The notes beneath the pieces are model-generated. The model was not told the origin of the DNA and made no database searches. It saw only the letters and a list, made by a program, of their open reading frames with translations. A stretch of DNA of 64,000 nucleotides from Lingula anatina (lineage: Eukaryota; Animalia; Brachiopoda). Both the position numbers and the translations under genes were made by a program. The DNA lies in assembly GCA_051362555.1 (NCBI GenBank), contig CM120641.1, forward strand, positions 13,888,001-13,952,000. The letters run 5' to 3'. Position 1 is the stretch's first letter. Each line of letters begins with the position of its first letter. This document shows, one piece after another, positions 40,107 through 52,100 of the stretch.

Positions 40107-43100
40107 CAATCCATTAATTCAGTCCGCCCTTCATACTGGTTATTGACATTCATGTACATGATCAGGACCACCAGTGTTTGCATCATGCCACGTATATCCC
40201 CACTGTTGCTGAGAGTTGAGATATACCCCTCCGGACCAGTCATGTTCCCCATCATGGATGCCATGACTTCTGCTGCTGGAGGGTTCACCTTGAAATAAAC
40301 AACATTAAGTGGTATTAATCCATTTTCTTATGATGGTCTCACTCCATCACAATTTTAGTTTTACCCAACTATTCAACTATTAAGTTGCCAATTTGACTAT
40401 TCAGTAAAATTGCATCTTTTTATTAGCATTATATCATCTTACATAAGTGCAGTTATATAACTAGAGGATCAGAGAGGCGATACCGCCTGGTATTGTACCA
40501 CCAGCTGGAGTAAGAGCATTCGTATGGGAAGGAAAAAGAAGGGGGAGGGGCTGTCTCACTAGCTGACGATCTTTCGCAAACAAAAGCCATTGAATGAATA
40601 TACGATTGCAACGATCCCCCACTGTTCTTCCTTGCTCTTTGGCCAACGAAGACTCAAATATGAAAATCGCGTCCTCATCTCTTTCACATTGGGAATGAAC
40701 TTTCGCTAGCAATTTGAAAGTTGTCTTTTTTGTCTGCCAGTTTTAGAGATAAAATGGAAAAAAAATTTGCAAAGTTCAGTTCATGGTGAAAAGTAGGTCA
40801 AAGGTCAATTTCAAGGTCACTTTAAGATTGCCAGTGTATGACTTCCTATTCAAGTTCAATAGTAACTTTGGACCTATCTCTGCCAGTTTTGGATATGAAA
40901 GGGAAGCAAATTTTGCAAAGTTCAGTTCATGGTGAAAAGTAGGTCAAAGGTCAATTTCAAGGTCACATTTGGATTGCCAGTATATGACTTCCTATTCAAG
41001 TTCAATAGTAACATTGGACCTATCTCTGCCAGTTTTGGATATGAAAGGGAAGCAAATTTTGCAAAGTTCAGTCCATGGTGAAAAATAGGTCAAAGGTCAA
41101 TTTCAAGGTCACATTAAGATTGCCAGTATATGACTTCCTATTCAAGTTCAATAGTAACTATGGACCTATCTCTGCCAGTTTTGGAGATAAAAGGGCAGCA
41201 AATTTTGCAAAGTTCAGTTCATGGTGAAAAGTAGGTCAAAGGTCAATTTCAAGGTCACATTAAGATTGCCAGAATATGACTTCCTATCCAAGTTCAATAG
41301 TAACTATGGACCTATCTCTGCCAGTTTTGGATATGAAAGGGAAGCAAAATTTGCAAAGTTCAGTTCATGGTGAAAAGTAGGTCAAAGGTCAATTTCAAGG
41401 TCACATTTAGATTGCCAGTGTATGACTTCCTATTCAAGTTCAATAGTAACTATGGACCTATCTCTGCCAGTTTTGGAGATATAAGGGACTAAATTTTATA
41501 ATTTTGGAGTTCCCATAATGTGCCATAAATTTCCTACAGAAAAAATTAATTAAAATAAAGAAAAGGTCATTTTGGTCAAAATTCTTGAAATGGGAGGTAC
41601 TCTGAAGTTCCAAAAGTTCAAATTTGATGAAATAATGTCAATTATGACCACAAGTTGTCTGCTTTGCCAAGCCTTATGTTTTATTTTTCCATAGTTCAAA
41701 ATTTATTATCCATTACTAGTCAGGCGGTTAAGTCCAAATTATATCCAGAATTGTGCAAAAGATGATAAAAGCATGAAACTTTCCACGATGAATATTTAAG
41801 AAAGCCGCTCATCCGAGTACTAATGAATTTTGGAGTTGCCCCCGATCCAAAAGAGACAAACACCCAATGGTCATTCATCATGGAAAGTTTCATGCTTTTA
41901 TCATCTATTGCACAATTTTTTGGCTTAGCCGCCTCACTATACCGTACTGCACATTTTGCTTTCACCACCAATATGTACTTTTTGATAGCGTAACTCGAAA
42001 ACCGTTTGGAATACAAAAAAAAAAGAGACCACCTCCAGTGTTGGGCTTTACATGCTCTACAAAATGCAAAAAAGAATGGGTCTCTAGCATTAACGGTCCC
42101 CGAATTAGAGACAGTTTTCAGTTTCGGCATCTTATGGCCGCTACTCCCGTGAAAATGCACCGATTGACCCCAAATTCACGGAGATGAAAGATGACCTGAA
42201 GGGTAACACTTTCCAACTAGAGGATCAGAGAGGCGATACCGCCTCCGAATATTGTACCACCAGCTGGAGCAAGCGCATTCGTATAGACCCCCACATACAC
42301 AAAATAAGGGACATAGCCACCAGTTTTGTGCTTGACAAGCTGTAAAAATGCAATCAACAAGAATTTTTAAACTTTTGCAAAAAATATATATGGTACAATC
42401 AAATTTAAGTTCTTCGTAAGGTAGGTCAAGGGTCAATTTCAAGGTCACAGTAAATTGCCAGTATATGACTTCCTATTCAAGTTCAAGAGTAACTATGGAC
42501 CTATCTCTGTCAAGTTTGAAGTTAAAAGAGAAAGAAATTAGCAGAGTTCAGTTCATGATAAAAAGTAGGTCAAAGGTCAATTTCAAGGTCACATTTAGAT
42601 TGCCAGTATATGACTTTCTATTCAAGTTCAATAGTAACTATGGACCTATCTCTGCCAGTTTTGGAGATAAAAGGGAAGCAAAATTTGCAAAGTTCAGTTT
42701 ATGGTGAAAAGTAGGACAAAGGTCAATTTTAATGTCACATTTATAATGCCAGTATATGACTTCCTATTCAAGTTCAATAGTAACTACGGACCTATCTCAG
42801 CCAGTTTTGGAGATAAAAGGAAAGCAAAATTTGCAAAATTCAGTTTATGGTGTAAAGTAGGTCAAAGGTCAATTTTAAGGTCACATTTAGATTGCCAGTA
42901 TATGACTTCCTTTTCAAGTTCAATAGTAACTATGGACCTATCTCTGCCAGTTTTGGAGATAAAAGGAAAGCAAAATTTGCAAAGTTCAGTTCATGGTGAA
43001 AAGTAGTTCAAAGGTCAATTTCAAGGTCACATTTAGATTGCCAGTATATGACTTCCTATTCAAGTTCAATAGTAACTATGGACCTATCTCAGCCAGTTTT

Positions 43101-46100
43101 GGAGATAAAAGGGAAGCAAAATTTGCAAAATTCAGTTCATGGTGAAAAGTAGGTCAAAGGTCAATTTCAAGGTCACATTTAGATTGCCAGTATATGACTT
43201 CCTATTCAAGTTCAATAGTAACTATGGACCTATCTCTGCCAGTTTTGGAGATAAAAGGGAAGCAAAATTTGCAAAGTTCAGTTTATGGTGAAAAGTAGGT
43301 CAAAGGTCAATTTTGAGGTCACATTTAGATTGCCAGTATATGACTTCCTATTCAAGTTCAATAGTAACTACGGACCTATCTCAGCCAGTTTTGGAGATAA
43401 AAGGAAAGCAAAATTTGCAAAATTCAGTTCATGGTGTAAAGTAGGTCAAAGGTCAATTTTAAGGTCACATTTAGATTGCCAGTATATGACTTCCTATTCA
43501 AGTTCAATAGTAACTATGGACCTATCTCTGCCAGTTTTGGAGATAAAAGGGAAGCAAATTTTGCAAAGTTCAGTTTATGGTGAAAAGTAGGTCAAAGGTC
43601 AATTTTAAGGTCACATTTAGATTGCCAGTATATGACTTCCTATTCAAGTTCAATAGTAACTATGGACCTATCTCTGCCAGTTTTGGAGATAAAAGAGAAG
43701 AAAAATTTGCAAAGTTCAGTTCATGGTGAAAAGTAGGTCAAAGGTCAATTTCAAGGTCACATTTAGATTGCCAGTATATGACTTCCTATTCAAGTTCAAT
43801 AGTAACTATGGACCTATCTCAGCCAGTTTTGGAGATAAAAGGGAAGCAAAATTTGCAAAATTCAGTTCATGGTGAAAAGTAGGTCAAAGGTCAATTTCAA
43901 GGTCACATTTAGATTGCCAGTATATGACTTCCTATTCAAGTTCAATAGTAACTATGGACCTATCTCTGACAGTTTTGGAGATAAAAGGGAAGCAAAATTT
44001 GCAAAGTTCAGTTTATGGTGAAAAGTAGGTCAAAGGTCAATTTTGAGGTCACATTTAGATTGCCAGTATATGACTTCCTATTCAAGTTCAATAGTAACTA
44101 CGGACCTATCTCAGCCAGTTTTGGAGATAAAAGGAAAGCAAAATTTGCAAAATTCAGTTCATGGTGTAAAGTAGGTCAAAGGTCAATTTCAAGGTCACAT
44201 TTAGATTGCCAGTATATGACTTCCTATTCAAGTTCAATAGTAACTATGGACCTATCTCTGCCAGTTTTGGAGATAAAAGGGAAGCAAATTTTGCAAAGTT
44301 CAGTTTATGGTGAAAAGTAGGTCAAAGGTCAATTTTAAGGTCACATTTAGATTGCCAGTATATGACTTCCTATTCAAGTTCAATAGTAACTATGGACCTA
44401 TCTCTGCCAGTTTTGGAGATAAAAGGGAAGAAAAATTTGCAAAGTTCAGTTCATGGTGAAAAGTAGGTCAAAGGTCACTTTCAAGGTCATAGTAAGATTG
44501 CCAGTATATGACTTCCTATTCAACTTCAATAGTAACTATGGACCTATCTCTGCCAGTTTTGGAGATATAAGGGACTAAATGTTATAATTTTGGAGTTACC
44601 ATAATGTGCCTTAAATTTCGTACAGAAAAAATTAATTAAAATAAAGAAAATGTCATTTAGGTCAAAATTCTTGAAATAGGAGGTGCTCTGAAGTTTCAGA
44701 AGTTCAAATTTGATGAAATAATGTCATTTTTGAACACAAGTTGTCTGCTTTGCCAAGCCTTATGTTTTATTTTTCCAGAGTTCAAAATTTATTATCCATT
44801 ACCGTACTGCACATTTTGCTTTTACCACCAATATGTACTTTTTGATACAGCGTAACTCGAAAACCGTATGGAATACAAAAAAACCGAGACCACCTCCAGT
44901 GTTGGGCTTTACATGCTCTACAAAATGCAAAAAAGAATGGGTCTCTAGCATTAACGGTTCCCGAATTAGAGACAGTTTTCAGTTTCGGTATCTTATGGCC
45001 GCTACTCCCGTGAAAATGCACCGATTGACCCCAAATTCATGGAGATGAAAGATGACCTGAAGGGTAACACCTTCCAATAATATTATTGGTTAAGTCTGTG
45101 TGGTGTCTGAATAACAGGGCAAAAAAAATTTTTTTCGTAAAAAATTTAATTTTTTTGAAAATTTTGGCCCATTTGACCTTGAAGTAAAGGTCAAAGGTCA
45201 AATCCAAGGGTATATTTGAAATCTACACATATGACTTTTGGAAAGCCGTCTATAGAAATTTTTCCCATAACTCCTTCCGTAGGGTAGATAATTAGCATTT
45301 AATTTTGCCATTTTTAGACAAGGGTGCATTGCAATGAGTGCCACACCCAGACCCCAATACCGACAAAGCCCAAATTTTACGTGGAACGAGTTGAGATTAT
45401 AGGTGACCTAAATCCATGAGATGGGTACGGGGGCCCTTACCGTCTAGGAGGAGAAGAAGCGGTAACGGTAGCCGTCCGGCGGAGCCGGCGGAACGATCCG
45501 GACGGGACCGAAACCATGTGTACCGCCAGCGCTAACGCTGGTGGTACAATAATATTATTGGTTAAGTCTGTGTGGTGTCTGAATAACAGGGCAAAAAAAA
45601 ATTTTCGTAAAAAATTTTATTTTTTTGAAAATTTTGGCCCGTTTGACCTTGAAGTAAAGGTCAAAGGTCAAATCCAAGGGCATATTTGAAATCTACACAT
45701 ATGACTTTTGGAAAGCCGTCTGTAGAAATATTTCCCATAACCCCTTCCGTAGGGTAGATAATTAGCATTTAATTTTGCCATTTTTGGACAAGGGTGCATT
45801 GCAATGAGTGCCACACCCAGACCCCAATACGGACAAAGCCCAAATTTTACGTGGAACGAGTTGAGATTATAGGTGACCTAAATCCAAGAGATGGGTACGG
45901 GGGGCCCTTACCGTCTAGGAGGAGAAGCGGTAACGGTAGCCGTCCGGCGGAGCCGGCGGACTGATCCAGACCGGATCGAAACCATGTGTACCGCCAGCGC
46001 TAACGCTGGTGGTACAATTATTAATCAGCACTGATACATTGTATCACCAGTCCCAAATTATCTGTTTGTCTCATCTCAAAATCATTCATATTTGATATTT

Positions 46101-49100
46101 CCATCATTTCTATTTCAACAGTATTTCATTAAATTAAATTTATTTTCAGTCATTATAAAAGAAATTCTTAGGGTGCATTCCCAGAGATTTAGATCGATCC
46201 AGAGATTTAGATTTAGATCAACCTAACTCCCTGGGGGTTCACGCTAAATTGCAGTCAGCCGAGCGCGCACAATAGTTAATTATCCCCTTACAGCTTTTTG
46301 TAGGTGGGACAGACGCTTAAGCCAGCTAAGCTGACAGTAATCTAGTGAGACTCCCCACAGGGATAGATTGAAGTAAAATCTATGGGAATGGGGTCTTAGA
46401 CTCACTGTTGTCGTCATCTCTATGGAAACTACACCCTTTATGGCATCAGTGGCTTCAAGCTTCAGCTGAAGAATGAAAGAGTTCTCCGAGTTCCCTTGTG
46501 GCAAATATGCATCTTCTCTCAGAAAAGGATTGGGTCCTGAAAAATATTTCGTTATTCATATAAAAATATATAATAATTGACAAAAAGGATTAACATAATT
46601 CAATTCCCATCCACGTGTGTCTAAATGACACCTGTCAGAAATTAAGAAAAAGGACTATGCCTTCTAGACCTACGTTAAAAAGCAGTCTCAGTAACTATAG
46701 CAATTTGTGTTCCTTTGCCTGCTTCTAAGTTCACAAGTCACTGCATGCCTTTTGCCTAACCAACCTTCATCAACCATGGACCATTCATCAGCTGACGTGA
46801 TTCTGTAGAACAGCTTGTAGCCCAATGGCAAGTCATCATCCAAGAAGTCCTCGAAGCACTCCACATTGTACTTGGTTTCCAGTGCTGAGCCATTGGACGG
46901 CGCAACTGTGCAGTTACCTGCTCTTGGAGGTTCGTTAATGGTAAAAGTTCTCCGATTTTCACCTAAAAATAATAGAGACATTGTAAATTATCAGCAGGAA
47001 ATAGTGATAAATATATTTTAATAAGTGCTAGTTGGACCAAAAATGTACACGCACCTCTTCAAAGTCAACCACAGCTGCTTTCAAAGCCAAATGATCCACT
47101 TTTGTCATTGGTCATTGCTTTGTTGCAATGCACAAGGATAAAATAATACTTCACGAGAGAAAATTCTGTTAGATGGATGTAACAGTAAATATGCTAAAGT
47201 TCTAATCATGGCTTTTAACCTGATACCTACCATAGTTATCAGACTGGCCTGGACGCCATGCTTTAGCAATCAGATGATATATGCAGCGGTCAGTCTCCTG
47301 GAAGAGGGTGTTGTCCAGATATAGTCCAGATGTGGTGATTCCAGTTCCCTGAACTGCTCCTGTCCACTGATCATGGGCCAAGTAGGGGGTTGTGTAGGGA
47401 TTTTGGCCTATTGTACAAATCTGCATCAACTCCCATCTATAAAGCCATGAAAACAATGGCATCAGGAAACTCTTGATTCACCTGTATATATTTTGTTTAT
47501 CCCAAATATTTTTTAAGGCAAAATTTCATGTCAAATGACACCTTGGTCAAAAATGATTGATTTCTGAGCTTAATTTAATTTCTATCAACACCAGTTGCTG
47601 CAATATTGCTGCAAATTGTAATTCCTTCTTGAAAAATTGCAGCAAATTTGCTGCAAAATGGCTGTAAATTTGCACAGATAAATTTTTCCTTGCAAACTCC
47701 TGCAAACTTGCTACAGCATACTTTGCCTTTTCATTTTGCCTACTGGAAAAAAACCTTAGTGCCTAATTCATTTGCCAATGAAGGCCAATATCTTGGCTTT
47801 TTTGATAAAGTACCATATTAAAAGTATCACTTCAAACTTAAATAACAATACTTGAAAATTAATGACTTACTGATATTCATATGCCTGGCCTCTCCTCCTT
47901 GCTTTAATGGAAACTTCAGTGGTGAAAGCTTCCTTGGGGTTCAGTTTTTCAGCACAATTGGCCTTACACCTTAAAACGGTTGAGAAAAAATGTTCACAGA
48001 TGTTCATGCTAAAAGAATCTGACTTGTTAGAAGTAGGTTAAGGTAACCAAGTCACAAGGTGATGACAAGGGGTTCATTATAATTAAGGAGATCTAGGTTG
48101 CAATATGATAGACAGCTTAGCAGCACCAGAAAACATTTCCAAATGTATCATATGGAATTAAATAACCTCAGAAAATAAAAATTTATGTTTATTAAATATA
48201 AAGAAGAGGGAAAAAACTTACACGATATCAATATCTGGAGGATCTCCCATGGTGACGTTAATCCCATGAGTTACCACACAAACCCTGTCATCTTTCTGAA
48301 CAACCACTGTGAGTTCTATAACTTTCAACTCATACGTTTGGTCTGAGCTGAAGATGATTTCTCCAGTGGTCCAATTGTCCATAATACCTTAGACAAAAAT
48401 AGTTACACTTGTTAAACAGCATATTGTAGAATGATACATTGCAGAGCAGTAAATCATCAGATAATGAATTTAAAACTTAACAACTGACAAAGAGCTTTGT
48501 CCCTATACAACAGGCCATATGGTAAATATAAACTGCATGATGCCAAAAAAAGAAATTCACAGCTCCACAAGCAAATATGATGCCTGAACTACATTCTGAA
48601 ATGAAATGCAGAATTTTACTTGATTAAAAATGTATCCCATTCATATTTTCACACATGAAAAGGGGGATTGTGAACTGTACCTGGTGTGTCAATCATGTCG
48701 AACTTGAAGCAGCCTCCTGGATCAGCACCCGTTTCAATATCATCACAGGTGGAGGAACTTGGTTCTGTTTGTTGTGTATAATTTGCATTATACTTAGGTA
48801 GCTCCTCACAGGCACGGCGGCAGAGCCATTTGTAGGTTATACCAGTCTGATTCCCTTGGCCAACATCGGGGTCATATGAATTGGTAAGCGCATCAATTGT
48901 GAAGTTGGTTCCCCATTTTCTTCTAGAAAATTGGCCTATGCAAAGTAAAAAATTAAATGAATAATGTTTTTATAGTTAGTTCTGGGCAAGGAGATATTAT
49001 AAAGGTGGTAGTTTTCCTTTGACTTGTTTGTAAGTGACACTTTCATATTTAATCATTAACACAAATGATAATTCAACATAATCTTTTTCAGACACCTCTT

Positions 49101-52100
49101 TAATATTAAACTAACCTGCAGCAAAGCCACAATGCAATGGTGACTTCACAATCCGAACATAAGTAGAGGTCACATTCTCAATGCCAATCTCTCCATCCAT
49201 AGACACATTAAGTGTAAATTTATAGCAGCCATATGGCAGGGTATTGGGTGGAATAGTAAGAGTCGGGAGGGGTTGCTCACTAGAGTACAGGGTCAAGTCT
49301 GGCAGAGGGTACAGCTCCTCTACTAGTGTTTCACAGTCCAGTTTATGCACAGTCCATGTGTAGTGACTTATCTTGGTAGAGCTGCAGTTGATTTTCACTG
49401 AGGCTTCTACGTCTAGTTTTTCAGACTTGTAATGCCTTTTGGTATTAGGCATGAAGTTATCACAGTCCACTTGACATTTCATGAGATCAAAGCTGACCTG
49501 TGGCCACTGGCAAGGTCCTCTGGTCACTCCAGTCACTTTAAATAAATCCACCCTAGACACAATATTGTCGATCTGAAGGGAAAGGTTGAATACTCCAGTG
49601 GTCTGAAAGATGTTCTCCACTGAGATGGAAAAGGCCACAGTAGGATTTGCATTCTTCAGGTCTTCCAGTTGTGTGGACGAGGCATCTGTGAAGCGTGATG
49701 AATAAGAGGCCCATAGTGCACTGTGGCTAGACTGACACTGACTCTGGTCCCCAAGGAAAGCGTAACGTCCTCCGTCACTAAGTGAATCCTTGAAGTCAAA
49801 GAAGTAGCAAGCATCTGTAGGAATAGATGCACCCCCGAAAACCACTTGATACAGGAAAGTAGTGTTCCTTGCTGCAGAGCTTACACCTTCTAAGACAATA
49901 CCAGGGTTGGCTTTAGCACTCTTCTGAAGAGTTATCACCTTAGACACAGCTGCCCAACTGAGGGGATTAGATGCATTCAGGGTAACATTGTAGGTGCCAG
50001 GGTTGAGGAACAGGTAGGCAAAGGTTGGATCGCCAAATTTTGTCTGCGTACCGCTACCGTCCCCCAGGTTCCATGTATAGTTCACTGAGCCGCCCCCTTT
50101 TGTAGTGCTGGCATTCATGTACACGTACTTCTCCAGAGGAAAGTAGTCTTGTTGTGGACCAAATCCAATGGAGTATACATCTATACTATTGACTGTCTCA
50201 AATGAGTACACCTCCCACTGGAGATTGGTAATCTTCTCATAGATATCAATCACAAAGGGGTAGATCCCCTTGCTGGCCAAGTTAAAAATCTCAACTGACA
50301 CTGTGTACCTGTCACCACGATAATATTTGTGGGAAAAGGAAATGAAGAATGAATAATCAGTGAGGTTTCCAGTCATATTAGTTGAAACTTCCAGAGGTCT
50401 GACTTCGGTGCTGTTGCCGTCACCAAAGGAAATGTTATAGAATGCATCTGAGGGCAAGAGCACACCGTTTTCATGGAGCAAATGATATTCAATCTCAATC
50501 ATCCACTCTGGTTCCAGCACCATGCCCATTGAAGGACCAGTCAGCTTGAACCCGTCCACAGGAACCTGGACGATGATTGGTGAAGGGGCCGAAACACGGG
50601 CACTACTTAAAGAGTTCACTGCTGTGGCATTTAGGGTGAAGTTACCACCACTGGTGTATTTGTGCAGGAAGCAGTTGGGAGCTGTTCTATTGTATTCAAA
50701 AATCTCCAAAGGTGTTCCGTCGCCATAGTCCAGTGTGACATTGAGTCTACTTCCCCAAGTGACTTCAACACAGATGTAGGAATTGGTGTTTATGACAACA
50801 AAATAAGGATCTGCTGTAATGGCCAGACCAAGGATGGGTTCATCTACTACCAAAGTTGTGGCTAGGATATCATAGCTGACACAGTTGGAGATGTTCAGGG
50901 TGACATTATATGTGCCAAAACTGAGGCAAGTATCATGGTCAGTGACTGGAGAGGAGGTACTGATATTCAAGTATGTTTTATGCCTATGTAGGAATGTGGG
51001 TTCTATGGTGGCTGGTGCAGAGGTGGTGTTTCCACTGCTGCTGTCATTACCACTGCTACTCACGGCACTAATTGCAACACTAGTGACAGTTCCATTGCCA
51101 CTGGTCTCCATCACATGGTATGGGATTTCATACTCATAATAGGCATCTGTAGCAACTGGTACATTTCCACCAAAGGCAATGGTGAAGAAAGCATCACAGG
51201 TACCATTTGGCCAGACTGCAACTGGGGCGTTGGAATCCAAGGAGAAGTCCTCAACAGCATGTTCAATTTTCACCGTCACCAGTCTCTCTTGTCTGTCGAC
51301 TGGGTTAACTGCTGTGAAGTTGACCACATATGTACCAATATTGGACCATGAATGGCAGTAGGTCAGCACGGTGTCGTTGGAGATGACAGGATGGAAATCT
51401 TCAAAAATTGTCCCATCTTGATAGTCGATGGTATTGCTGACTGTGGAGGCACGGGTCACAGTGTAGTTGAAGCACACCTGTGTGTTGGGGGTGACGCAGA
51501 ACTCACTGGATACTACATTCAAGTCCTCAATCCCATAGTCAATGCAAACGGTTGCGTTAACAGTGTATGCTGGTGTCACCAGGTTGGTTGCTGTGACAGT
51601 GACATCATAGCAGCCAATTTGTTCCTCGTAGTCCTCTGGGATGATGTGGACATAGCCAACCATGGGGCAGCAGTTGGGGACAATGACTTCACGGGTGCAA
51701 ACTTGGGCAGTGGTTGTTCCCATTGTTGTTGTCGTTGTTGTGAAGTTTGCATCCATTGTGTAATTCAAAGTCAAATCATCAGTTGTTGTACTGAAAAAAC
51801 CTGTTGTGGAATTCATATCACCTACAGTGTTTGCTGGCATCGGAGTGGTTGGCAAAGGAGTTGTTGTCGAGCATGGAATCTCTTCAAGAATGACCCCTCC
51901 CGTACATGCATCTGCCATTGAGAAATTCCTGCTGCTGTTTCCATTGAATGTAGAATTAAACTCTGCGTTGCTGCCATTTGCCGTGTGGATCTGGATGATT
52001 GTTTCACTCATGTACAGAACGGGTAGGGGCGGGGTAATGGCCATGCCAGCTATGACACACTGTATCGGGATGAAGACAGTTGCCTCAGCTGAGTTGATGA

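Larger units (their letters stand above)
40461..46017 (-). mobile_element. Non-autonomous Helitron2/Helentron (HINE-like) element, outer copy (40461-42216 plus 45550-46017), interrupted by a second copy
   Basis: The minus-strand 5' end TTGTACCACCAGCG-TTAG-CGCTGGCGGTAC forms a hairpin. The 3' end has the asymmetric inverted repeat GCTGGTGGTACAA, the hairpin AGGCG-GTAT-CGCCT and the terminus CTAG|T. There is no TSD, the target is AT-rich, and the interior has tandem repeats and a CCGG/CCGT-rich stretch. Confidence 0.8.

Noticed and set aside
40730-44568. Regular repeat array resembling a CRISPR array, and repeated ORFs (42465-44320)
   Set aside because: The units are contiguous near-identical 146-bp monomers without unique spacers. 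The context is eukaryotic with no cas genes, and the ORFs are by-products of the repeat.
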